64,000 nucleotides of DNA from contig OZ251518.1 in assembly GCA_965242965.1 (NCBI GenBank), positions 1,472,001-1,536,000 of the forward strand, written 5' to 3'. Origin of the DNA: Candidatus Poribacteria bacterium. Lineage in GTDB: Bacteria > Poribacteria > WGA-4E > WGA-3G. This document shows positions 1 through 9,202 of the stretch, in pieces (position 1 is the stretch's first letter; each line of letters starts with the position of its first letter). The position numbers and the translations under genes were made by a program. The notes beneath the pieces were generated by a model that was given only the letters and a program-made list of their open reading frames with translations, was not told the origin of the DNA and did not search any database.

Positions 1-632
1 ATGAGGCGTGACATGTCCCACACCCGTTCGCCGATGGGTGTCCTACCGATGAGCATGCTATGCACCAGTTCCTCGCGGCAGGAGTTGGTGCGGTTGTTGC
101 GTTTCGCTGCTTCCGTGCGGGTTTCACCGAATGCGCGCGTCGTCGGCGCGATGGCGATATATCCTTCCTCAGCCGCCGCCTGCCTTGCGATGTCGCGCTC
201 GCCTTCCAGCATCTCCTTCTCCTCGCTTTCGTTATGCGCGATGCCGGCGTAGATATGCGGATGGTTATGTCCGTGCGGCGCGAGAATCAATGGCAGTTTG
301 TCCTCTTCCTCTGCTTCCCGGCGCGATGCCTTTTGCGCTGTCTTCGGCAGGAGCAGATAAAACGGCAGCGGCACCGTCGGTTCTACCCACAGATGCCAAC
401 TTTCACGGATGTGGTTGCCCATGTCCAGCGATTCGGTGCGTTCTGCTTTTGGCACGTAGCCAGCCAAATCGGATTCCATGTGATGCAAACCGAGTGCCTC
501 ACGCAGTTTCGGGCGAAAAGCGGTTTGCCATGCCAGCCATCCTTCTTGCGAGGTAACCCGAAATTCGTAGTCCCTCGGCACGGAGGCGTATAAGGATTCA
601 AAGTGTTTCGCGGCGTTATAGGGGGTTTCCAT
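1..632 (-). CDS. Alpha/beta hydrolase (dienelactone hydrolase / Abhydrolase_7-like), runs off the left edge
   Basis: Not in the ORF track. Hand translation from ATG 632 (AGGAGA RBS upstream) is open to base 1: METPYNAAKHF...KLPLILAPHGH...EEGYIAIAPTTRAFGE...MLIGRTPIGERVWDMSRL. Confidence 0.8.
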   Translation of the reverse strand, partial: METPYNAAKHFESLYASVPRDYEFRVTSQEGWLAWQTAFRPKLREALGLHHMESDLAGYVPKAERTESLDMGNHIRESWHLWVEPTVPLPFYLLLPKTAQKASRREAEEEDKLPLILAPHGHNHPHIYAGIAHNESEEKEMLEGERDIARQAAAEEGYIAIAPTTRAFGETRTEAAKRNNRTNSCREELVHSMLIGRTPIGERVWDMSRL

Positions 633-751
633 GATGCAATTCTCCTAAAATTCCAAACTTTTCCTTGACAACGCTCAGAATTTTATGATGATCTATTGAT
701 ATGCAGTATACACGAACGCTGAATATAGGGCAAATTGCGCGTAAAATGAAA

Positions 752-786
752 AAAGAGTGGACAGTTTGACGATTTTGGTCGACATT
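752..786 (+). promoter_or_regulatory. Candidate alternative-sigma promoter TGGACA-N16-CGACAT, copy 1
   Basis: AAAGAGTGGACA-N8-TTTTGGTCGACATT-type motif repeated with identical TGGACA-to-CGACAT spacing at 4571-4605. Confidence 0.4.
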
Positions 787-1255
787 AAGAGAATAGCGAA
801 TTTTCGGTAAGGAAAGAGGTGCGCAACAAGCGAAACGCGAAACCAGACGAAACTGGCAAGCAGATGGTGAGGAACTGTTCAGCACCCTCTGCATCGCGAT
901 AGCGCGAACCCTCGTTCCAAGGTTGGCGGAGTGGGGGCACATTTTGCAGCATTTTGCAGTATTTTTGGAAATTATCGGGGAAAAAGTAAAAAAAAGACCG
1001 GTTTTTCCAAAAAAAAGTGAAAAAAAAGCAAAATCACCCTAAATCTTCTGCCGAAAATACCTATACTTAAGTACAAAGGAGAGAGGACCGCAACAAGCGA
1101 AACGAAAAACCAGCGGGAATTGAACATATTCGATGTTTGAGTTTCGCTGGATGCATCACGGTGATGCAAGGCTTGATGAGATTTCTTTCCGGTTGTGACG
1201 AGTTATCCGATGTGAAGGTTGTCAATCTGCATTCAACCAAAAGGGAGGTGCAAAG

Positions 1256-2044
1256 ATGTTACGCGAAGTGTTTGCAAACAAAAGTCTTATCGCCGCATTG
1301 ATAGGTTGTGGGCTCGTGATTGTCGGCATCCACTTTTGGAGCCAACACGAACACAGCAAACTCCGACAGGAGGAAGCGGAGACGCGGCGATTCATCCAAC
1401 AAGTGGCGGCGGAGAAGAAAGCGGCCACCACACGCGTGGAAGAACTATCTGTCGTCTCACAACCACACGAGGTGAAGCACGACGCGCAGGCGGCGCACGA
1501 TAACTTCGCGGGGGATACCGATAATGGGATACCGGAGGTAGACACCGCAACGAAAGCGATAGAAGTTGAGACCCTCGTTGAGGACGAACTCGTCGCGCAC
1601 GAGGAACCGCCAGAACCGCAGCGCATGTCCCTCTTTGGCTTCGGTGCTTATCCCGAACTCCCGCCGGATTACCGAGAACCAGACGTGTGGGAGCGGATAG
1701 AAGAACTCTACCATTCTGACGCGGAATTGGCAGAGAGTTGTGAACTGATGGCGCGCGTTCAAATCAAACTCTGGAAACAAGGACGCCATTCTGTCGGTGC
1801 TTCCCGCGACAGGCAAACGGGGCTCATCTATCCACATTATCCCAACACGGCGTATGTCCGATGGGCATGGGACGTGGACGAAAATGGGCACCCGGTTCGC
1901 TATGCCGCTGGTGTAAAAGGTGGTGCAGATCTCGCGCAGTATAACCACTATTTCGCTGAGGGAGAAATTCCGCCGCACATCACCGTGATTGACTACGAGG
2001 ATGCGGGCATCGATCCCTATCAATTCTTGGACTTCCAACACTAA
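1256..2044 (+). CDS. Hypothetical protein with N-terminal membrane anchor
   Basis: 262 aa, GGGAGG RBS, hydrophobic N-terminus, acidic linker, FGFGAYPELPPDY motif. Confidence 0.8.
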   Translation: MLREVFANKSLIAALIGCGLVIVGIHFWSQHEHSKLRQEEAETRRFIQQVAAEKKAATTRVEELSVVSQPHEVKHDAQAAHDNFAGDTDNGIPEVDTATKAIEVETLVEDELVAHEEPPEPQRMSLFGFGAYPELPPDYREPDVWERIEELYHSDAELAESCELMARVQIKLWKQGRHSVGASRDRQTGLIYPHYPNTAYVRWAWDVDENGHPVRYAAGVKGGADLAQYNHYFAEGEIPPHITVIDYEDAGIDPYQFLDFQH

Positions 2045-2179
2045 AAAGGATTTATTCTTGAATTCGGCGAATGACTGATAACAGGGACACTACGCCGAAG
2101 GAGTCGTCTATAAGAGCAAAACTGGGTTAATTTACCCACTCTATCCTAACACCGCTTACATCAAGTATTGAGGTGCATC

Positions 2180-2872
2180 ATGCAGAAACTTGCCTATGCT
2201 GCTATCGTCGTCCTGCTCGTCGTCGGTGGCATCATCATCTATGCCGAATGGGAGAAAAAGAACTTCACCGAGAGGCTCCCGAAACCCCCGGAAGTCGTGG
2301 AGGCACCCGCCGCGTCGCCAGCAGAGAAGCCGTTGTCTCTTGTTGAGAGAGCCCCCACGCTGGAACATCATGACGCGACAGAACAGGCGGATCCGGATAG
2401 CGAGATAACTGGCGGACAATCTTCTATCGAACATTACGATTGGCAAACCGAACCTCATCCGGATAACCACAAACACGCACGGAAATCTGATCCGTGGCGA
2501 AACAACGACGCTGCAACGCAGGAATCTTTGCCCCCGGAAGCGATGAGTGATGACGAACTTGGGGAGCAGACCCTGAATCAACTCATCGAACGGTTCGGCG
2601 ATATTCCAGAGGTGCATGCCTATATGGAATACGACCGGCGTGTCAAAACCGGACAGGATATTCCGCTTGAAGAGGATATCGCTTACCTTGAGGCCATGCA
2701 GTTTCTGTTTCCCAATGAGGCGACGCGCAAAACAATCGTCCTTAAAAAATGGGAGTTGAAAAATGGTTTCATCTTGCCAACGGCAGCGGATTTGGAGTAT
2801 TTCAAGAGTGAGGGCATCACGGTTCTCTATCATAAGGACGGTTCTCTCAAGAAAATCACGACGAAGTATTAA
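2180..2872 (+). CDS. Membrane-anchored hypothetical protein, FGDIPEV family paralog 1
   Basis: MQKLAY start after GAGGT; one TM helix; QLIERFGDIPEVHAY domain shared with three neighbours. Confidence 0.8.
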   Translation: MQKLAYAAIVVLLVVGGIIIYAEWEKKNFTERLPKPPEVVEAPAASPAEKPLSLVERAPTLEHHDATEQADPDSEITGGQSSIEHYDWQTEPHPDNHKHARKSDPWRNNDAATQESLPPEAMSDDELGEQTLNQLIERFGDIPEVHAYMEYDRRVKTGQDIPLEEDIAYLEAMQFLFPNEATRKTIVLKKWELKNGFILPTAADLEYFKSEGITVLYHKDGSLKKITTKY

Positions 2873-2924
2873 CGGGAAGGAGAGGAACTGCGGTTTCCCC
2901 CTCTCTTCCACACCGCGGCGGCAG

Positions 2925-3446
2925 GTAGGAGGGACATCCCTGTCCCGATGGGTTTTTGGGTAGGAGGGACATCCCTGTCCCGATGCAAGCGATGCTTCCG
3001 GTAGGAGAGACCTCCCGGTCTCGATGCAATAGGGCGGCGCGCCTACCGGGGGCGCGGCGGCAGAAAGCCCCCCCCTTCATCGTAGGGCGAGGGCCTGTCC
3101 CTCGCCAGCGTCCGCGCAATCCAACGCATGCGGGGGACAGGCCCCCGCACTACGATAAAAACGGCACTTCACCGTAGGGCGAGGGCCTGTCCCTCGCCAT
3201 GCCTCGCGCTACGGGAAAAACGTCGCTTGTTCTCTTCAGGTCCGTAGGACCTAAAGAGGCATCGGGACGATAGAGATCGCGGGGGACAGGCCCCCGCGCT
3301 ACGAAAAAAAAAACGGTTCTTGAGCCATCGCGGGGGAAACCCGCTCGGATGCGCGTATGGCATCCGAGGGCCCCCGCGCTACGGGTGCATCGAGACCGGG
3401 AGGTCTCTCCTACCGGGAAAAATCGAGACCAGGAGGTCTCTCCTAC
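2925..3446. repeat. REP-like mosaic hairpin array
   Basis: GTAGGAGGGACATCCCTGTCCCGAT, GTAGGAGAGACCTCCCGGTCTCGAT, GTAGGGCGAGGGCCTGTCCCTCGCC and reverse CGCGGGGGACAGGCCCCCGCGCTAC units. Confidence 0.9.
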
Positions 3447-3670
3447 AAGGAATTTAGTTAAGGACATTGTCCACTTTAATCCTGAAATGGCATCCATACT
3501 TGGCGATGCCGCTCAACCTATTAACCGGCGCGCGTTGGAAACGGCGCATGCCAAACCGAATTTAGGAAGTCAAACGTAATGATTCAACAGGTGAATGTCA
3601 ACATGAAGTGCAGGTAGAGGCGGTGCATCTCTGATGCGCGCCTTTGCTAATTCCCAAAAGGAGCGCGATC

Positions 3671-4498
3671 ATGATGTCCGAACATTTTGATATCCCACAC
3701 CTGAGCCCTGCTATTGAGCGGCTCATTTCAAGTTATCCCTTGTTGTCTGCCGAGGAAGAACGTTCCCTCGCGCGCGACGGTTCCGAAGCCGCGCGCGAGG
3801 AGCTCATCCTTTGCAATCTGCGGCTTGTCAAGTCCATCGCCCTCCAATTTTCAGGCTGTGGGCTAGAGCTCGATGACCTCTTCTCGGAAGGAGAGGTGGC
3901 ACTCATCCAAGCCGTTGATAAATTCAATCCCTCCCGTGGCCGACTCGCCACTTATGCCAGCTACCGTATCCGTGGCAGAATCATGGATTACATCGACAAG
4001 CACCGGACGCTCGTCCACGTGCCGAAACCGCTGCGGCAGCAGGTGAACCGGTTTCGCCGCATGCTTGATAGCCTCGGCGGTTCTGTCTCCGATGAAATGA
4101 TGGCATCCGTGTTGGACTGTTCTCTCAAAGAGGTGCAAGAGATTCGTCGCTGCTCGGCGCAGGGCACAGAGAGTCTTGATGCCCCGGTGGGGACAGATGC
4201 TGACGAAGAAGACATAACGCTCGCCGAGTGCGTCGGCACCCACGATGCCGACATCGCGGCTGTTGAAGCGCGGCAGGACTTAGACTTCTTCCTCGCGCGC
4301 CTTAAACCCGAGGAAGCCGAGGTGATTCGGCTTCAGTGGGGCATCGGTGGCGCCCCTCCAATGAGCGTTCGCGAGATTGCAGCAGTCGTTGGCTACGGCA
4401 AATCCTGGGTCTCGGAGACCTCGTCTGCCGCAATGAAGAAACTGAAGCAGCTCGCGAGGGAAATGAGGGAACAGGAGGATGATCCAGGTTCTCATTGA
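3671..4498 (+). CDS. RNA polymerase sigma-70 family factor (alternative, group 3-like)
   Basis: Region 2 NLRLVKSIA...DDLFSEG...AVDKFNPSRG...TYA, region 3 SLDAPV, region 4 HTH MSVREIAAVVG; AAGGAG RBS before ATG 3671. Confidence 0.92.
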   Translation: MMSEHFDIPHLSPAIERLISSYPLLSAEEERSLARDGSEAAREELILCNLRLVKSIALQFSGCGLELDDLFSEGEVALIQAVDKFNPSRGRLATYASYRIRGRIMDYIDKHRTLVHVPKPLRQQVNRFRRMLDSLGGSVSDEMMASVLDCSLKEVQEIRRCSAQGTESLDAPVGTDADEEDITLAECVGTHDADIAAVEARQDLDFFLARLKPEEAEVIRLQWGIGGAPPMSVREIAAVVGYGKSWVSETSSAAMKKLKQLAREMREQEDDPGSH

Positions 4499-4570
4499 CA
4501 AGGCGCGTCGATGCGCCTGTCTTTGGCATGCGCACGACGCAAAACATACGGAAGTACGCGTGTCGTAAAA

Positions 4571-4605
4571 AAAGAGTGGACACTTCCAGCTTTTTGGTCG
4601 ACATT
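4571..4605 (+). promoter_or_regulatory. Candidate alternative-sigma promoter TGGACA-N16-CGACAT, copy 2
   Basis: Matches 752-786 in both boxes and in spacing; the first half of the spacer differs. Confidence 0.4.
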
Positions 4606-4617
4606 GGAGGTAGAACT

Positions 4618-5158
4618 GAGGTTGTTTCATAACTCGTTGTTGTCAAAATGGTTTCGTGAGACCTTGAACGATTCCGTTTCCTCGGTAGGAGAGACCTCCT
4701 GGTCTCGATGCAATAGGGCAGCGCGCCTCTCGGGGCAGCGGCGGCAGAAGGTCCCCCTTCATCGTAGGGCGAGGGACAGGCCCTCGCCATGCCTCGCGCT
4801 ACGGGAAAAACGTCTCTTGTTCTCTTCAGGTCCGTAGGACCTTAATGTCTATAGACCCGCGTAGACGCGAAGAATGCTAAGGTCCTTTAGGTCCTTAATA
4901 GACTTTGAGATGCCGCGTGTTTTTTATTAAGGTCCTAAAGGACCTTGCCGTTGTCTGGCACGTTTTTCTATAGATATGGTCCTAAAGGACCTAAAACGCC
5001 ACTCTTGACGACGGAGATCGCGGGGGACAGGCCCCCGCGCTACGATAAAAAAAACGGTTCTTGAGCCATCGCGCGGGACAGGTCCCCGCGTTACGGGAAC
5101 ATCGAGACCGGGAGGTCTCTCCTACGGGGAGGCATCGAGACCGGGAGGTCTCTCCTAC
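4618..5158. repeat. REP-like mosaic array with left cap
   Basis: GAGGTTGTTTCATA cap, then GTAG hairpins and an AGGTCCTAAAGGACCT block. Confidence 0.9.
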
Positions 5159-5187
5159 CCGGAGGGCATTGATAAAGGAGTTTTCCA

Positions 5188-5841
5188 ATGAAAAAACTCA
5201 CCTTCATAGGGATAGGCTGCCTGCTTTTGATAACTCTCGGTGTTCTCTACACCTATCGAGAGACGACAAATTTTGTAGACAGCCTGCCGAAGCCGCCTGC
5301 AGCGGCACCAACTGTTGAGGAAGAAACGCAGCCGGGCCCCACCGAAGAAACACAAGAAAGGGGCTCGGATGACATCGGCAGAAAAGCTGTGTCTCCCGAA
5401 GTATCCGAGAGTGCCGAGGGTGAGGCTGAAATCCAAACGGAAGCAAACCCAGAAGCACCACGCGAGGCCGATTATGATTGGCGAGAGGGCTCGGCACATT
5501 CGCATGAACCTCTGCACCAGCCAAAGCTGTGGCATCAGGTAGAAACTGCCGTAGAACGCCCGGTAAATGTGAGGGACGTTACTGCAGAAGCACTCCGGCA
5601 TCAACTGATTCAAAGGTTTGGAGACATTCCCGAAGTTCACACCTTTGTTGAGATGGGGGAGCGGGTCGAAAACGGTGAGCAGCTTACCCCTGAGGAATCT
5701 ATTGCGTATATTGAGAGTATGCTCCACTTGTTCCCGAGTAAACAGACGGAGCATGCGCTTGAAGAAATCAAGCGAATACTGCGGCTGTATCAAGTGAAAG
5801 GGGCCCCCGGGGGCATCCGTATACAGGAACTCCCGGAGTGA
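5188..5841 (+). CDS. Membrane-anchored hypothetical protein, FGDIPEV family paralog 2
   Basis: AAGGAG RBS; shares NF..LPKPP, YDW and QLIQRFGDIPEVH with 2180-2872. Confidence 0.82.
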   Translation: MKKLTFIGIGCLLLITLGVLYTYRETTNFVDSLPKPPAAAPTVEEETQPGPTEETQERGSDDIGRKAVSPEVSESAEGEAEIQTEANPEAPREADYDWREGSAHSHEPLHQPKLWHQVETAVERPVNVRDVTAEALRHQLIQRFGDIPEVHTFVEMGERVENGEQLTPEESIAYIESMLHLFPSKQTEHALEEIKRILRLYQVKGAPGGIRIQELPE

Positions 5842-5856
5842 CAGGAGGATAAACCG

Positions 5857-6303
5857 ATGCAATTTCAGAACCCGCTCCTGCTAGCCCTGGCGATGCTCGT
5901 CCTGACAGCCTGCCTTTACGGCTGTAGTAGCAGACACGCCAGCGAGACAACGGCGGACACCTTTCCGCTCGGCTGGCAGGAATCCAAGGCACATTTTCGG
6001 GAAACGCGGAACTTCAGTGCTGACAACCCGCTTCCCGGAATGTTCAATCCCGGCGCAAATGATGAGTCATTCATCAAGAAGTTTGGAGACACCCCGCAGG
6101 TGCGGAACTATCTCTCCCTGAGAAAACAGTTTCTGCGGGGTGAATCCCTTAATATTGACGAGGCGATAGCACTCCTGTCCGCCGAATCCATGCTCTCGCC
6201 AACTGAAATTACAGCGAAGCTGCTAAATCAACTCTTGGCGATAAAAAGACAGTTGGATACGGAGGGCACCTCTGACTTTGAATACAGATATGAACGAAAG
6301 TAA
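5857..6303 (+). CDS. Putative lipoprotein, FGDIPEV family paralog 3
   Basis: AGGAGG RBS, lipobox LYGC, IKKFGDTPQVRNY. Confidence 0.8.
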   Translation: MQFQNPLLLALAMLVLTACLYGCSSRHASETTADTFPLGWQESKAHFRETRNFSADNPLPGMFNPGANDESFIKKFGDTPQVRNYLSLRKQFLRGESLNIDEAIALLSAESMLSPTEITAKLLNQLLAIKRQLDTEGTSDFEYRYERK

Positions 6304-6427
6304 GCGTGTTGTGAGTGTCAATGCGTTTGTCTACGGGCTGACGCTCGGCGACTTCGTTCGGTATAAGAGGTAATCCAACCCTCACGTTATCTGAAAGTTT
6401 TTAGCCAAAAAACGGAGAATTAACGTT

Positions 6428-6970
6428 ATGAAATGCCAAAAGGGAATGTTAATCGGGATGCTTGTTTTGACGGTTTGCCTTTACGGGTGCGGTGGTAAAC
6501 ACGTCAGCGAGCCCTCCCCCAACGGAACACCGAGTCAGTTGCAAGTCTCCGACGAATCTTTTGTCCTTTGCAACCCACTAACGGATAGTCCTCACAACCC
6601 CCTGGTCAGGAAGTTTGGGGACATCCCACAGGTGCGCACCTATATGACGCTTCAGCGCAAGTTCTTGACAGGGACATCGCTCACCATTGATGAGGCGATT
6701 GCTCTCACGGCAGCCGACTTGCATTTGTACCCGTCTGAAATGATGGCGAAAAGACTCAAAAGGCTCAAAGAGGTAAAGAATCGACTGGAAACAGGAAGTT
6801 CCTCCGGCTTTGAGTATAGATATAGTGGCGGCACCGTATTCGATCTTCGGACCGGCGACAGCATCGTGGTTTACCATCCAGACGGGAGCAAAACGGTGAA
6901 TGACTTCCGGAACCCTGATGGAAAACCGATAGTGGTTCCTCCACCGAAACGGCCTAGCGAGACACGTTAA
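6428..6970 (+). CDS. Putative lipoprotein, FGDIPEV family paralog 4
   Basis: Lipobox LYGC, VRKFGDIPQVRTY; FEYRY shared with paralog 3. Confidence 0.8.
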   Translation: MKCQKGMLIGMLVLTVCLYGCGGKHVSEPSPNGTPSQLQVSDESFVLCNPLTDSPHNPLVRKFGDIPQVRTYMTLQRKFLTGTSLTIDEAIALTAADLHLYPSEMMAKRLKRLKEVKNRLETGSSSGFEYRYSGGTVFDLRTGDSIVVYHPDGSKTVNDFRNPDGKPIVVPPPKRPSETR

Positions 6971-7020
6971 CGGGGATTCTAAACAACCCGCGCGCTTTTC
7001 AGTGGCACGCTTTCAAAGGG

Positions 7021-7400
7021 AAGTGTTGATAGGCGCGCCGGGTCTTGATGGCTTCCCGGTAGGAGAGACCTCCTGGTCTCGATGCAATAGGGCGGCGCGC
7101 CTACCGGGGGCGCGGCGGCAGAAGGTCTCCCTTCATCGTAGGGCGAGGGCCTGTCCCTCGCCATCGTTCGCGCACTCCAACGATCGCGGGGGACAGGCCC
7201 CCGCGCTACGATAAAAAAACGGTTTTTGAGCCATCGCGGGGGACAGGCCCCCGCGCTACGATAAAAAAAACGGTTTTTGAGCCATCGCGGGGGAAACCCG
7301 CTCGGATGCGCGTGTGGCATCCGAGGGCCCCCGCGCTACGGGAGAATCGAGACCGGGAGGTCTCTCCTACGGGGAGGGCATTGATATATGAAACACTCGC
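7021..7400. repeat. REP-like mosaic array with right cap
   Basis: Close relative of 2999-3446; ends in TATGAAACACTCGC. Confidence 0.9.
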
Positions 7401-7459
7401 AGAGAATCTAGCAGGCCCTAACAAGGAATTCGCAATCATCTATAAGAGGAGAATGAACC

Positions 7460-8530
7460 ATGAACGCGAAACGATTCGCTCCCTTTTACGTAGGTATCGG
7501 CGGGCTCCTCCTCGCCGTGCTCGGGACAGGGCTCTTTATGTGGCTGTCCCCCTCAAAGACAGCGACAGTCAGAAAAATCTATAGTGCAGCACCGGCACCT
7601 GCTCAGAAAGAGGGTATCGATGCAGCGCAATTTCTCTCTACGCTTAGGGAGGAGTTAGCCGACGATACCCGGCCAGAAACGCAACAATACCTCGCGTTTC
7701 TGGCATCCGATGAGGGACAAGCGTTCCTAAAAAGCGGTCCCACCCTTGCGGAGATAAACGAGGTAATGGAACGCTATATTCCACCCACTGATTTGCATCT
7801 ACAGCGAATCGATGAGTGGTACCGGCTTTACTTTCCTACTGGAACGCTAGAGGAGAGTGAGCAAGAGATCCTCGCTTTGATCCAGCGGTGCATCCAAGCG
7901 AAAGGGTATCTACCGTCCGAACTCAGGGACGCACACTACATCTTTGAAGTCAAGAGTGAACTGCATCAAGATGAAAGGTTAGCCCCCTTTTTATATAAAA
8001 AGTTTGATGGCGACGTATGGCGTGCAGCCAAATGGTTTAATGCCACGGTGACGCGCCATTTCGCCAGCGAGGCAGACCGGCGGATGCATGAACTAAATGC
8101 AAGAGGCGATACAGCGCAGCCAGCCCCGGCAAACGTGACGGTGCATGTCAATGTCGACAACTATCGAAAACCGGCCTCAGTGCTGCCTCGCGATGATGTG
8201 AAAGCCTTCGTCGATTTCATCGATGCAACTCCGGCGCGGGATGTTGACAACCCTGAACCACTTTTGCCGCAAACAACCGTTTCGCCGCTTGAAATGCCGC
8301 TGTGGGACTTCACAAAAGCAGTTATGTCAGAACTTGTTGACATCTCTGCGCGCGAACAGTGGACACCGGAACGCTTTGAAAAGGCGAGGGAATTTTTCAA
8401 GTACGCGACAGCACCACTAGATCGATACGGAGAGGAAGAGGGGCTCCGGCACCTCAAGGCATCAGACCCGGGAGCTGCCCTGCATATTGAACGTCTTCTC
8501 CAGAAATACCAAGAGCAAAAGCCTGATTAA
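7460..8530 (+). CDS. Membrane-anchored hypothetical protein
   Basis: 356 aa, GAGGAG RBS, N-terminal TM helix, C-terminal LDRYGEEEGLRHLKASDP motif. Confidence 0.8.
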   Translation: MNAKRFAPFYVGIGGLLLAVLGTGLFMWLSPSKTATVRKIYSAAPAPAQKEGIDAAQFLSTLREELADDTRPETQQYLAFLASDEGQAFLKSGPTLAEINEVMERYIPPTDLHLQRIDEWYRLYFPTGTLEESEQEILALIQRCIQAKGYLPSELRDAHYIFEVKSELHQDERLAPFLYKKFDGDVWRAAKWFNATVTRHFASEADRRMHELNARGDTAQPAPANVTVHVNVDNYRKPASVLPRDDVKAFVDFIDATPARDVDNPEPLLPQTTVSPLEMPLWDFTKAVMSELVDISAREQWTPERFEKAREFFKYATAPLDRYGEEEGLRHLKASDPGAALHIERLLQKYQEQKPD

Positions 8531-8562
8531 GGGTTTGTGGCTCGCGAGGACAACAAGAAGGA

Positions 8563-9093
8563 ATCGAGACTGGTGGGAAAACCTGTCCCTCGCCATCGTC
8601 GTGCACGCGCACCCCAACGATCGCGGGGGCCTGTCCCCCGCGCTACGATGAAAAAACGCCTCCTCTTCACGTAGGGCGAGGGCCTGTCCCTCGCCGTGCT
8701 TCGATCTACCGGACATTCGCGGGGGACAGGCCCCCGCGCTACGGTATCCAGAACGGCCGCTCTTACCGTAGGGCGAGGGCCTGTCCCTCGCCATGCAACG
8801 ATCGCGAGGATAGCATCCGAGGGGTGCCCGCGCCACGGGGCCTAAAACGATCGCGGGGGACAGGCCCCCGCGCTACGGTAAAACGGCGGTGTTCATTCGC
8901 AGCGGCGAAACCGCTGTTGAAAAAACGGCTCTTCAGGTCCTTTAGGTCCTGCATGTCTATAGACAAACGTGCCCTTCATCGTTTTCAAGGTCCGCTAGGA
9001 CCTTAATAGGCGGCTAGCCACGCGGTGCAGATGTATATTAAGGTCCTACAGACCTTAAGAGGCTTCGCGACGCAAGGAACTATAGACATTAAG
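8563..9093. repeat. REP-like mosaic array
   Basis: Alternating inverted GTAG hairpins, then an AGGTCC/CTATAGACA block. Confidence 0.88.
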
Positions 9094-9202
9094 GCAGCAG
9101 AAATCTTCGCATCAGTTGCGACGTTGAGCAAGTTAAGGATGTCCCTCCTATTGATTTTATCGCTGCTTTATGCTATGCTATTTCCAAGGAGGCGAAAACG
9201 CT

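Noticed and set aside
60-593. Plus-strand ORFs at the left edge
   Set aside because: Shadows of the minus-strand hydrolase at 1-632.
790-1250. Structured ncRNA or riboswitch in the long intergenic region
   Set aside because: Only a short hairpin, A-tracts and a 10-bp direct repeat; no recognisable family. A covariance-model search would be needed.
1256-8530. Integron cassette array (genes separated by palindromes)
   Set aside because: No integrase, no attC-type ends recognised, and the same repeats also lie between ordinary metabolic genes in all orientations.
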